A stretch of 34,024 nucleotides of DNA, taken from Candidatus Micrarchaeota archaeon (GTDB lineage Archaea > Micrarchaeota > Micrarchaeia > Norongarragalinales > UBA8480). Shown here piece after piece: positions 21,530 to 30,533 of this stretch. Where the stretch lies: positions 1 to 34,024 of the forward strand of contig JAZDHP010000042.1 of NCBI GenBank assembly GCA_043805855.1, in the 5' to 3' direction. Every line of letters starts with the position of its first letter. Position 1 is the stretch's first letter. The notes under the pieces are model-generated. The model did no database searches. It was not told the origin of the DNA and was given only the letters and a program-made list of their open reading frames with translations. Position numbers and translations under genes: made by a program.

Positions 21530-24500
21530 TTAGCTACATCCTGTAGTTTCGCCACAGTCCATGCATACGCTGCATGCGCCGTTGCGTTTGACTTTCATGC
21601 TTCCGCACTTGCCGCATTGTTCGCCAGTGTAGCCGAATGTCTTTGCATCTACCCGCGGTGCTTTGTCCTTTTCTTCGCTTATTTGCGTCAAAGTTAACTG
21701 CGGTATGTTTAGTTTAACGTTTCCTTCAATTTTGCCTTTTGCGATGTACTCGCGGTCAAGCACCCTGAACGCATAGTCTAGAATGCTAGTTGCGTTTTTG
21801 ACTTGTTCGTCGCCTGCAACTACTCCGCTTGGTTCAAACCGGCTGAAAGTAAAGGTTTCAATATATTCCTCTAGTGGCACACCGTACTGTAATCCCTTGC
21901 TAACTGCAATTGCAAAGCAGTTTAAGATTGAACGGTAGCTTGCGCCTTCTTTGTACATGTCAATGAACACTTCGCCGAGTGAACCGTCTGGGTATTCGCC
22001 AGTACGGATGTGTAGCTTGTGCCCGCCAACGCGCGCTTCTTGTACGAAACCGCCGCGCTTTGATGGAAGTTTGCGCCGTTGTCCACGTAACAATATTAGT
22101 TCTTGTAATTGTTTAGCTGTAATTTGTTCGTTTATGTCATCTTCTTCTTTTCCAATGAGCTGCGTTAGTTCATCTTCTTCGGCTGCAACTACGTTTAGCG
22201 GCTGTGATAATTTACTTCCATCGCGGTAAAGCGCAATTGCTTTTAACATGTAGCTCCAGCTTTGCATGTAAGTTTCTTTTACGTCTTTAATTGTAACTTC
22301 GTTAGGCATGTTTATCGTTTTGCTAATTGCTCCGCTGATGAACTGCTGCACTGCTGCCATCATTTTCAAATGCGCTTCGTGGTGAATGAAACGTTTTCCA
22401 TAGCGGCCGCATTTATTCGCGCAGTCGAAAACTGAATAGTGCTCTTGTCTTAAATGTGGCGCGTTTTCAATTGTCATTGTACCGCACACGTACTTGTTAG
22501 CTTCTTCAATTTGTTCACTTGTAAACCCAATTTCTGCCAGGAGGTTAGAGTTTGGCTTGTCAAGCTGCTCCTTTGTTAGTTTAAGTTTGTCAATGCAGAA
22601 ACTCTCGCCAAGAGTGTACTTGTTAAAAACAAAAGTAATGTCAAAAGCGCCTTCAAGTTGCTTTTCAATTTCGTCAATCTTTTCCTGCGTGAACCCTTTT
22701 TGTTTTAATATTTCGCTGTTAATCTGCAGGCAACCTTGCAAGGTTCCTTTTCCTTTGCAGTAATCTTCAATTTCTTTAATTTGGCTAGCGCTGTAACCTA
22801 GCTTGCGAAGTGCCTTTTCGCAGCTTTGATTGACAATTTTCAAATAGCCGCCGCCGGCGAGTTTCTTGTACTTTACAATTGCAAAGTCTGGTTCAATTCC
22901 AGTTGTATCGCAGTCCATCTGTAAAGCGATTGTTCCGGTAGGTGCTATTACACTGACTTGTGCGTTGCGGTAACCGTATTTCTCACCTAACTCTAGCGCT
23001 TTATCCCAACTTTTGCGAGCCGCGCTTAGCAAATAAGGCGGGCAGTACTGTGCGTCTATCCCTTGCGGTTTAACTGTCAATTTTTCGTAGTCTGCATCGC
23101 GTGCACTGTAAGCTGCGCGGCGGTGGTTATGAATAACTCGAAGCATGTGTTCCTTGTTTCGCTCATACGCTGTGAACGAGCCGAAGCTCTGTGCCATTTC
23201 AGCGCTTGTTGCGTAGGATTCTCCACACATTATTGCGGTTATTGCGCTTGCAATTGCTCTTCCCTTGTCACTGTCATACGGAATCCCCAATATCATTAGC
23301 ATTGAGCCGAGGTTTGCAAATCCTAAACCAAGCGCACGGTACTTGAACGTCTCTCTAGCAATTGCTTTGCCGGGGAATTGTGCCATTAAAATGCTAATTT
23401 CCAATACAATTGTCCACAAGCGCACAGCGTGTAGAAACTTTTCAACTTCAAACTCGCTTGTTTCTTCGTTGAGGAATTTCATTAAGTTTAAACTCGCTAA
23501 ATTGCAAGAAGTGTCATCGAGGAAAACGTACTCAGAACAATTGTGAACTGTTAACCCGTTTGCAATGAACGAATTTGTAAGTGGTTCGTTTAAGTCAAAA
23601 ACTTCTTGTTCGCCTAAATAAGTTAGGCTTTTCACTGCGTCGAATGGTTTATCTTCATAAACGGAGACGCGTTGGTTCAATGCCGCTAGTGTTTTTGCTT
23701 TTGGAGACTCTGGCATAAACCCAATTAACTTCTCGAAGGTTATTCTACTTGAACGCGAAATCCTTAAGCTGTGCATTTCTTTTACTTGGTATTCTTTTAA
23801 TCCGCCTTTTCCATCAGGTAATAGCGAAGTGGTTTTTCCAGCGCGTCTATTTTTATAAAGTTTACTTTTTACCCCAAAACCCGTAAGTAGAACCTGCACG
23901 TTTTTTACTAATTCTAAGCTACTTGAATCAAGCGCAACATATTGCGACTTTTCGCCATAATCGGCAACTGTGCCATCTGCTGTGAATAACCCTTGTAAAA
24001 CGTAACGCTGTGCGCTTAACGGCAGTGCAAATATTTGTGGAGAAATTGTTTTTTCATGCGATTTAAGTTCAAGGTTTACAAATTGCGATATTTTTTCAAC
24101 AGCACTGCGTGAACTTAAGTGTATTTTTGCGCTTGTGGCAGTTTGAGTTACTTGAACTGCTTGAGTTTGATGCGTTTTTCTATCAAAATTAGTCGTACAG
24201 TATTCCGCAATTGCGTTTAAAACCGGTTCCTCGGTTATTTTTTCCATTGTAATTTGAATTGCGTTTCTCGAACCACAACCATCGCCGAGATAAAGTCCGA
24301 GTAATTGATAAAACCGCGCTTGTTCGTTCGGTAATTCCTTTGCCTCACAAACACTATTGTCTGGTATACAAACATAGTGGTCTTTTGTAAGGTCAGCCGC
24401 TTTTACAAAACCACTATTTGCAGTATAAACTAAGTGATCTGCGGTTAGTTTAACTTCGTACCCGCTTTCAGTTTCCAATAGATAAACGGGTTTTACTCCG

Positions 24501-26056
24501 GTTTGAAATGCGCCTTTAGTAAATCCAATTGAAATGTTGTCAAGGTTTGTAATTAATTCAGTTTCTTGGTCAACCAAATCTTTTATTTGATACCACTTGC
24601 CTTCCTGTGTTAAAACTCTTGTATCGCCAGTTACGCACGGGTTAGTCGCGTTTATCCTTCCGTCAACTGGACAAGTGTTCCAATCTTGAATAATGTCGTC
24701 AAACTGTAAACCCGGGTCAGCGCACGCCCAAGCGGCATATGCAATTTTGTCCCACAGTTCTTTTGCCTTTATTCTTTTCATTGTCTGGCCGGTTGTTCTG
24801 GCGGTTAAATTCCAATAGCCGTCGTTTATCACTGTGTTTAGAAACGCGTTTGAAACGCGAACAGTGTTGTTACTATTTTGTCCACTTACTGTGTTGTATG
24901 CGTCGCCTTCGTAGTGCATGTCAAAAACAGTGTTGTCGAACTTTTCAATTCCTTGTTCAGCTAATTGCAACGCGCGTACAATCTGTACGTAAGGCACGCC
25001 GCGCGACAGCGCTTTCACAACAGTTTTCTTCAAAACTTTGTTAGCCTTCCAGTCAATTGTTTTGTTTTCTTTGCTAACCTTCATGATGACGTTCAAAAAT
25101 TCATTGTTTACCCTGCTTCCAGTGTACAAGTCAGCAACTTTCGCCTCTTCGCGTACTTTCCACGAGATAAACTCTTCAATTTCAGGGTGGTCAATGTTAA
25201 GAATAACCATTTTCGCCGCACGACGTGTAGTGCCGCCGCTTTTAATTGAACCAGCTGCCCGGTCAAAAACACGCAGGAAACTCATTACTCCAGAACTATT
25301 TCCGCCGCCACTAAGTTTTTCTCCACATCCGCGCAAGTTAGAGAAGTTTGTTCCAGTTCCTGATCCAAATTTAAAAACTAGAGATTCGCGCGTCAATAAG
25401 TCAAATATCCCGCCTTCGTTTACCAAATCGTCTTTAACACTTTGAATAAAACACGCTGCAGCTTGCGGCCTCGTGTAAGAATCTTCACTTTGCTTTAACT
25501 CCTGCGTAACCGCGTCAACATACCAGTGCCCTTGCGGCGTTCCCCGGATATTATAAGAATTAGCCAAACCAGTGTTAAACCACTGTGGACTATTCGGAGA
25601 GCCAAGCTGGTTAATCAACATGAAAAGCATTTCATCTTCAAACGCCTGGCTGTCTTCAACAGACGCGAAGTAATTATACTGTTCTCCCCAGTGACGCCAG
25701 CATTTTACCAACCGGTTTACAATTTGCCTTGCGCTTTTCTCACTTCCGTAAACTTGCTTGTCATTTTCATCTAATTGAGGAGATCCATCTTTGTTAACCA
25801 ACGGCACTCCAGCTTTGCGGAAGTACTTCTGCGCTACAATATCAGTTGCAACTTGGCTCCAGCTTTTTGGGGTTTCAATATCCTTAATTTCAAAAACAAC
25901 GCTACCGTCGCGATTTCGTATAACGCTTGAACGCGGTTCGTATTCAACTTTTTGCAACGGGTCTTCGCCTTGTTTAGTGAACAAGCGATTTATTTTCAAG
26001 CCGCCGCCAGGCGCGTATAACAAAACAGTCTTTTCAGCTCCAACAGTAGCGTCCAT
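21530..26056 (-). CDS. nrdJ: Class II (adenosylcobalamin-dependent) ribonucleotide reductase, intein-containing (1142 aa after splicing)
   Basis: 'PNSPQWFNTG', 'ACFIQSV', 'FKFGSGTG', 'IKSGGTTRRAAKM', 'NP|CSEY', 'SCNLASLN', 'IAPTGTI', 'ISKTINMP', a TSCPD-like region, and a terminal Zn ribbon ending 'GETTGCS'. Confidence 0.97.
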   Translation of the reverse strand: MDATVGAEKTVLLYAPGGGLKINRLFTKQGEDPLQKVEYEPRSSVIRNRDGSVVFEIKDIETPKSWSQVATDIVAQKYFRKAGVPLVNKDGSPQLDENDKQVYGSEKSARQIVNRLVKCWRHWGEQYNYFASVEDSQAFEDEMLFMLINQLGSPNSPQWFNTGLANSYNIRGTPQGHWYVDAVTQELKQSEDSYTRPQAAACFIQSVKDDLVNEGGIFDLLTRESLVFKFGSGTGTNFSNLRGCGEKLSGGGNSSGVMSFLRVFDRAAGSIKSGGTTRRAAKMVILNIDHPEIEEFISWKVREEAKVADLYTGSRVNNEFLNVIMKVSKENKTIDWKANKVLKKTVVKALSRGVPYVQIVRALQLAEQGIEKFDNTVFDMHYEGDAYNTVSGQNSNNTVRVSNAFLNTVINDGYWNLTARTTGQTMKRIKAKELWDKIAYAAWACADPGLQFDDIIQDWNTCPVDGRINATNPCVTGDTRVLTQEGKWYQIKDLVDQETELITNLDNISIGFTKGAFQTGVKPVYLLETESGYEVKLTADHLVYTANSGFVKAADLTKDHYVCIPDNSVCEAKELPNEQARFYQLLGLYLGDGCGSRNAIQITMEKITEEPVLNAIAEYCTTNFDRKTHQTQAVQVTQTATSAKIHLSSRSAVEKISQFVNLELKSHEKTISPQIFALPLSAQRYVLQGLFTADGTVADYGEKSQYVALDSSSLELVKNVQVLLTGFGVKSKLYKNRRAGKTTSLLPDGKGGLKEYQVKEMHSLRISRSSRITFEKLIGFMPESPKAKTLAALNQRVSVYEDKPFDAVKSLTYLGEQEVFDLNEPLTNSFIANGLTVHNCSEYVFLDDTSCNLASLNLMKFLNEETSEFEVEKFLHAVRLWTIVLEISILMAQFPGKAIARETFKYRALGLGFANLGSMLMILGIPYDSDKGRAIASAITAIMCGESYATSAEMAQSFGSFTAYERNKEHMLRVIHNHRRAAYSARDADYEKLTVKPQGIDAQYCPPYLLSAARKSWDKALELGEKYGYRNAQVSVIAPTGTIALQMDCDTTGIEPDFAIVKYKKLAGGGYLKIVNQSCEKALRKLGYSASQIKEIEDYCKGKGTLQGCLQINSEILKQKGFTQEKIDEIEKQLEGAFDITFVFNKYTLGESFCIDKLKLTKEQLDKPNSNLLAEIGFTSEQIEEANKYVCGTMTIENAPHLRQEHYSVFDCANKCGRYGKRFIHHEAHLKMMAAVQQFISGAISKTINMPNEVTIKDVKETYMQSWSYMLKAIALYRDGSKLSQPLNVVAAEEDELTQLIGKEEDDINEQITAKQLQELILLRGQRRKLPSKRGGFVQEARVGGHKLHIRTGEYPDGSLGEVFIDMYKEGASYRSILNCFAIAVSKGLQYGVPLEEYIETFTFSRFEPSGVVAGDEQVKNATSILDYAFRVLDREYIAKGKIEGNVKLNIPQLTLTQISEEKDKAPRVDAKTFGYTGEQCGKCGSMKVKRNGACSVCMDCGETTGCS
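23540..24637 (-). mobile_element. Intein with LAGLIDADG homing endonuclease at the NrdJ catalytic NP|CSE motif (366 aa)
   Basis: Begins 'CVTGDT', has block B 'LTADH', LAGLIDADG helices 'LLGLYLGDGC' and 'LQGLFTADGT', and ends 'VFDL...VHN' before Cys. Confidence 0.96.
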
Positions 26057-26122
26057 TTTTTTCTTCCACCCAAATACTAAATATGAATTTTGTAAAAGTA
26101 AAACTTAAAAAGCTCTCTACGC

Positions 26123-26380
26123 TCAATAGTCGAACAAAATGCTCTTTATTTCCGGGATATTATTAGCCCTGCCAATTTCCTGCAACTCCTCGTCGAAAAA
26201 TACAACTGTAGGCGCTTTACAAATTTTAAAAGAAACTGCTTTTTCATACCCCTCGTCTTGTGTAACGTCAAGGCTCTTTCCGCTAACCGTGCCTTTTCCC
26301 TCTAATTCCTTTAGAAATGTTTTAACCGGCGGGCAAGACGGACAAGAAGGAGTCGTGAACAGCAAATATTGTTTAACCAT
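26123..26380 (-). CDS. Thioredoxin/glutaredoxin-like protein
   Basis: 85 aa. 'FTTPSCPSCP' carries CxxC and 'KAPTVVF' is the cis-Pro motif. SD-like GGGTGGT upstream. Confidence 0.9.
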   Translation of the reverse strand: MVKQYLLFTTPSCPSCPPVKTFLKELEGKGTVSGKSLDVTQDEGYEKAVSFKICKAPTVVFFDEELQEIGRANNIPEIKSILFDY

Positions 26381-26405
26381 TTAAAACCACCCTGCACTAC
26401 TGTAA

Positions 26406-26453
26406 CTACTATATATTGTGTTTTTGGGGCATGCAGACCACAATATGTTGTGT
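26406..26453. promoter_or_regulatory. Tandem NrdR boxes
   Basis: CTACTATATATTGTGT (26406-26421) and CCACAATATGTTGTGT (26438-26453) match the consensus acaCwAtATaTwGtgt. Their starts are 32 bp apart and they lie directly upstream of trx-nrdJ. Confidence 0.88.
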
Positions 26454-26489
26454 TATTTTTTCTTAGTGGATAGACAAACTTCGTTTGAA

Positions 26490-26497
26490 TTTATAAA
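26490..26497 (-). promoter_or_regulatory. TATA box for the trx-nrdJ operon
   Basis: TTTATAAA with a purine-rich BRE-like stretch (AAAAAATAAG) 5' of it on the minus strand. Confidence 0.55.
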
Positions 26498-26802
26498 CTT
26501 ATTTTTTACGACGTGCAACTGTGTTTTTTGAATTGTTTTTTTCTTTCCTCCCTCTTAAACAAATTTAGCTTTGTTTTTATTGAACAATTGCCGTTCTGTT
26601 TTTTCCAACTTAAGCTTACTTTTTCTTGTCTTTTAGAGATTTTTGTTGGTCTTTTTGGCTAAAAATACTACTTTCCTTTTTTTGTGGTTGTCGCTTTTTT
26701 AACTTCTCTTGGTTTTTTGCTATTTTTTCATAAATTAGTGGTTGAGTGAAAGCTTTAAATGTTAATTTGTATTTTGTAATGTAAAGTATATTGGTGTTGT
26801 TT

Positions 26803-27321
26803 ATGAAATTCGTTAAAATCTTGCCAGTGTTGTTGCTTTTGTTACTTTGTCCATTTGTAGCTGCGGCTGTTGGAGATGTTTCTGGTTTTCCTCCGGTGAA
26901 TGCTTCAGGTTTTCCAGGCGCAAGTGCTTCTGGTTTTCCACCAGTTGATACTTCTGGTTTTAACCAAGATGGCTTTGGCAATGCTATTGGAAGTCAAGGG
27001 GGTTCGGTTGTTGGCGATTTAGGCGGCCAAATGGCAGGTTCTGCGATGAATACTGTTTCTGACCAAGTTGGGCAGGTTGTAGCTCAAGTTGTGCAGTTTC
27101 TAGTTATGGCGTTTATTATTGTCGGCGTAATTTTACTTGTTTGGCTTGTTATAGTTTTGATTGTATTGCGTAATATTATGAAGCGCGAGGATTTGTCAGG
27201 CGGTGAAAAAGCAGCTTGGGTTTTAATTGTGTTATTCTGTGGCGTTCTTCCCTTGTCGCCAATTGGAATATTATTGTACGCAATTAGCGGCGGTAAAAAA
27301 CAAGACAAGGAAAAAAAGTAA
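26803..27321 (+). CDS. Membrane protein: signal peptide, SGFP repeats, C-terminal PLDc_N-like TM hairpin
   Basis: 'LRNIMKREDLSGGEKAAWVLIVLF...PIGILLY' matches the PLDc_N pattern. The ATG at 26803 is preferred over the TTG at 26791. Confidence 0.8.
   Translation: MKFVKILPVLLLLLLCPFVAAAVGDVSGFPPVNASGFPGASASGFPPVDTSGFNQDGFGNAIGSQGGSVVGDLGGQMAGSAMNTVSDQVGQVVAQVVQFLVMAFIIVGVILLVWLVIVLIVLRNIMKREDLSGGEKAAWVLIVLFCGVLPLSPIGILLYAISGGKKQDKEKK
26881..26961 (+). repeat. Coding 24-bp tandem repeat, about 3.4 units
   Basis: Encodes SGFPPVNA / SGFPGASA / SGFPPVDT / SGF. TCWGGTTTT occurs at 26881, 26905, 26929 and 26953. Confidence 0.85.
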
Positions 27322-27333
27322 CAAAACTCTATT

Positions 27334-29205
27334 TTAATTTTTTTTAACTAGTTTTGAATAGGCGAAGTAAATTCCAAAGAGCACGAGTACAGTTGCAATT
27401 ACAATTAACGCGTAGTTCGAATAGTTGCCATCGCTACTGTTTGTTGTTGGCGTTTGGCCTGGCGTTAGGGAAATTAACATTGACTTGCTTTTCCCGTCTT
27501 GTGAAGTTAATGTTATCTCGTAGGTTCCCCTTACTGGCGGTTGAACTGCACAAGTTATGTCCGGGTTTGGTGCAATTGTCTGCGATAACATGCAGGTGCA
27601 GCTGCTTTGGCTATTGTCACTTGACTTGCATGAAACGTTTTTCACCGCTACGCTGCTTTTAATTGCCGCGTTTAAAACCGTCGCTGTATTTTCCGCTATT
27701 GAAGTCGGGGTAGTTGTAATGTCTTGAACATTTAGCTCTCCACTGTTGCTTTGCACTCCGCCAGCTACGTTTACATTCCTGCTAGTACAGTTGATGGTTT
27801 GTATTTGCGCACTCGGAGTGTAAATACCAATTGAATCGTAAATGCAATTTGCGTTGCACTCTCCGTTTCCGTAGACGTTTGAAATGCACCCGGGGGCGGT
27901 TACAATTTTTCCATTTCCGCACTTTACATTAACTAGCCCAGGCGGCATTGTTGTGCCATTGTACTTTATTTTCACTTCTATTCGTTCAGTTGTTAATGCA
28001 GTTGTTTTAAAATCTAAAATGCATGAAACGTGCTGTGCCAACGCTTGTGCGCCAGCAGGTACGCCGCTATTTTGTGCCGCTGTTGTTGTTACCGCTATAC
28101 TGCCAGTTTCGCACGTCATTCCGTTTAACGTTGCGCTTGGCGTAACTGTTGCACTTCTAGTGTAATTGCAAAACGCAATGCACTCTCCTGTTTTTGTTCC
28201 AGTGCAATTCGCATTTGTGTTCTTTCCGTTGCCGCAATTTAAAGTTGTGTTCTTCGGAGCGCTTTGCGTGAGGTTTTTGAACTTAACTAGTAAAATTGTG
28301 TTTACATTTGTAATTGTTTGGTTTGGCCTAGTAATTGAACATGACGGGAGGAAATTACATTTTCCAGCGACGTAATCCGCAGTTCCATAGCTACACACAT
28401 TCGCGCTGCATGTTGGTGTTTTGTACTTTCCATTTACACATGTTGAAGTACAGTCGCTTGCTTCACAGCACGCAACGTTTGTAACCGCCGCTATTCCATT
28501 TGTGCATACTGTTTTCTTCTTTGCACTGCAAGACGCTGTGCACGTTTGACCTTGCGGTGCTGCTGGTTGTTGTGCTGGCTGTCCCTGCGGTGCAGCGGCT
28601 TGTGCTGCGCTTGTTGAAAACGTTACACTTGCGGTTGTCTCTAAACCTAAATTATCCCTTGCTTTGACATTCGCTTTGCAGTTACTCTTCCCTGCGGGTA
28701 CGCTGTTCCAAATGTAACCCCACGGAGTGGCGAAAGTTACAGGGTTCCAAACTCCATCGCCACAGCCATTATCAGTCGCAATTTGTAACTTTAATGACGC
28801 AACGCTCCCATCGTCACTAGCAGAACCAGTAAAAGTAAAAGCTTGGCCTGAAGTTAACATCGCGCCACTAGCGGGACTAGAAATAGAAACAACCGGAGGA
28901 GAATTAGAAGGGGCGGAAATAGATGCGCTAGCAGTACATGTTTCTATTGTATCCTTTCTAATCAGTATGTTAATTTGTTTATTTCCTGTAGAAGAGTAAG
29001 TACAACTAAAAGTGTTGCCTATAAATGAAATTCTGCCTAAGTTATCTCCACAATCTTTGCTTAGCGGCGTGGCTCCGTTTAAATCAACATTAAAAATCAA
29101 GGGAGTGTTTGTATTTCCAGTTGCGCTGCTTGGGGTAATTGTGCAAGCATGAACTAAACCAGCTAAAAACAGACTAACCACAATGACCAAAAGAGGCCTA
29201 TTCAT
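27334..29205 (-). CDS. Cys-rich cell-surface protein with an Ig-like domain, repeated CGNG modules and a C-terminal TM anchor
   Basis: 623 aa. Signal peptide, Ig-like 'PPVVSISSP..G......FTGSASDDGSV', two 'CGNGK...C...GEC.A.C.Y.....TPSA.....C' modules, then a TM helix and KKN. Confidence 0.85.
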   Translation of the reverse strand: MNRPLLVIVVSLFLAGLVHACTITPSSATGNTNTPLIFNVDLNGATPLSKDCGDNLGRISFIGNTFSCTYSSTGNKQINILIRKDTIETCTASASISAPSNSPPVVSISSPASGAMLTSGQAFTFTGSASDDGSVASLKLQIATDNGCGDGVWNPVTFATPWGYIWNSVPAGKSNCKANVKARDNLGLETTASVTFSTSAAQAAAPQGQPAQQPAAPQGQTCTASCSAKKKTVCTNGIAAVTNVACCEASDCTSTCVNGKYKTPTCSANVCSYGTADYVAGKCNFLPSCSITRPNQTITNVNTILLVKFKNLTQSAPKNTTLNCGNGKNTNANCTGTKTGECIAFCNYTRSATVTPSATLNGMTCETGSIAVTTTAAQNSGVPAGAQALAQHVSCILDFKTTALTTERIEVKIKYNGTTMPPGLVNVKCGNGKIVTAPGCISNVYGNGECNANCIYDSIGIYTPSAQIQTINCTSRNVNVAGGVQSNSGELNVQDITTTPTSIAENTATVLNAAIKSSVAVKNVSCKSSDNSQSSCTCMLSQTIAPNPDITCAVQPPVRGTYEITLTSQDGKSKSMLISLTPGQTPTTNSSDGNYSNYALIVIATVLVLFGIYFAYSKLVKKN

Positions 29206-29261
29206 CTAAACATTCCTAACCAAATTCACAAGCGAAGTATAAAACAATTTCTATTTTGTTT

Positions 29262-30035
29262 TCATAGCTCAAAAATAGTTTTGCCATTAGCAAAAATAGA
29301 ATTATATAGCGCAGATAGATCTTTCAAATTAGCGCCTTCTATTTTTAGGAAAGAAGTTAAATCAGTATTAGGCGGGGATGCTAATCCAATAAGCGCTTCT
29401 TTTTCAGTTATAGCCATTTTAACTACTGAGTGCATTGGAGCGTGTCTGATTTGTAAATTTGGGTATGTTTCTAACTTTTTCATTAATTGACTAAACTGAG
29501 TTTTTCCCTGTTGTTCGATAAATTTTTCTAAAGTTTCTGTTGGAAATAAGTAATAGATTGTCATTCCTTCTTCTAAACGACGCCATAGCGTTTCAGTGTA
29601 TTGTTTTCTTAGGAATGATTTGGTTGATTCCTTTTTCATTAGTATTGCAGGTGTTTTGCTTGCTAATCTAATTTCATTAGCTTGATTTAGCATTATTATT
29701 AGTATTCTGTAGAACTCATCTGAATAGTGATATACCCCAAAGTTAGCTAATATTTCTGTGTGACTTAGCTTACTTTTTGTTTTGTAATTTTTTATTACTT
29801 CAAGCGCAGTATTCGCTGTTGTTTTGAGCCATTGTTCGTTTAGTTTGTATTCGTTATTATCTTTTTCAAGTATGTTTTCTTGCGTTAGTTCTTGAATTGC
29901 TTTATAAGTGGCTTTGTAGGTTAAGTTGTAGTTTTCTTTCACTAGTGCGTTCCATATTTTTATTGGGGTTAGCGGCCAAGTTACACTTAGTATTTTTGTA
30001 ATGGCGTCTTTTGTTGATTTACCTAGAAAAGGCAT
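29262..30035 (-). CDS. Transcriptional regulator, wHTH plus TrmB/PLD-like effector domain
   Basis: wHTH 'WPLTPIKIWNAL...TYKATYKAIQEL..ENILEK...YKLN'. C-terminal 'ANEIRLAS', 'LQIRH', 'KMAITEKEALIG' and 'LYNSIFANG' resemble the TrmB C-domain. Confidence 0.75.
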   Translation of the reverse strand: MPFLGKSTKDAITKILSVTWPLTPIKIWNALVKENYNLTYKATYKAIQELTQENILEKDNNEYKLNEQWLKTTANTALEVIKNYKTKSKLSHTEILANFGVYHYSDEFYRILIIMLNQANEIRLASKTPAILMKKESTKSFLRKQYTETLWRRLEEGMTIYYLFPTETLEKFIEQQGKTQFSQLMKKLETYPNLQIRHAPMHSVVKMAITEKEALIGLASPPNTDLTSFLKIEGANLKDLSALYNSIFANGKTIFEL

Positions 30036-30063
30036 AGCTATTTGTAGAGTTAATTATATTTAA

Positions 30064-30087
30064 AAAGTCTACTTTTTAGTAGACTTT
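30064..30087. promoter_or_regulatory. Perfect 10-bp inverted repeat (operator-like) between divergent genes
   Basis: AAAGTCTACT-TTTT-AGTAGACTTT abuts the regulator's TATA-like element (minus-strand TTTAAATATAA, about 30054-30064). Confidence 0.7.
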
Positions 30088-30170
30088 AGTGAACTTAAGG
30101 TTTAACTTGTTTTTCTTGGTTGGTTATTACTTTAAGGTGGTTTGGGTTGGAAACTGTTGCTTGGAGTTCA

Positions 30171-30533
30171 ATGGCTCGTTTGGATGAATATTGTACGGTT
30201 AAAGCGTTGCGTCGCCAAATTGCGCTTATTGATCGTCCAGCTAAAGCTGGTGGTTCTTTTAGGGAAGAACATGAGAAAAGCGGGGAGATGGTTGCGGGGC
30301 TAGCGCGCGAAGTTGAAGAACTTAATAAGACCATGCGCACGTTTGGCGTTTTTTCCCGGTCTTCTCGCGATTTGAAAAAACGCATCATTATAATGAAAAA
30401 AATCCGAGAGGAGCTTGGCGATGTTTTTCTCTATTCGTTACGTGTTGCAAATTCGCTTGACATCGACGTGAGCAAAGCTGTTCACGAAAAAATATATCCT
30501 GAACTAAAAAAAATAGATAAACCTAGCCGGTAA
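30171..30533 (+). CDS. MazG-like all-alpha NTP pyrophosphohydrolase
   Basis: 'GLAREVEELNK' (ExxE) and 'IREELGDVFLYSLRVANSLDIDVSKAVHEKI' (EExxD). The ATG at 30171 is preferred. Confidence 0.8.
   Translation: MARLDEYCTVKALRRQIALIDRPAKAGGSFREEHEKSGEMVAGLAREVEELNKTMRTFGVFSRSSRDLKKRIIIMKKIREELGDVFLYSLRVANSLDIDVSKAVHEKIYPELKKIDKPSR

Noticed and set aside
26381..26790. Cobalamin riboswitch or other ncRNA upstream of the nrdJ operon
   Set aside because: No B12-box-like conserved sequence or GC-rich stems. The region is T-rich low complexity apart from the NrdR boxes and TATA elements.
26616..26981. 121-aa minus-strand ORF with GGKPE repeats
   Set aside because: It is the antisense shadow of the SGFP repeats running into a low-complexity tract. 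The plus-strand gene has a signal peptide and a recognisable domain.
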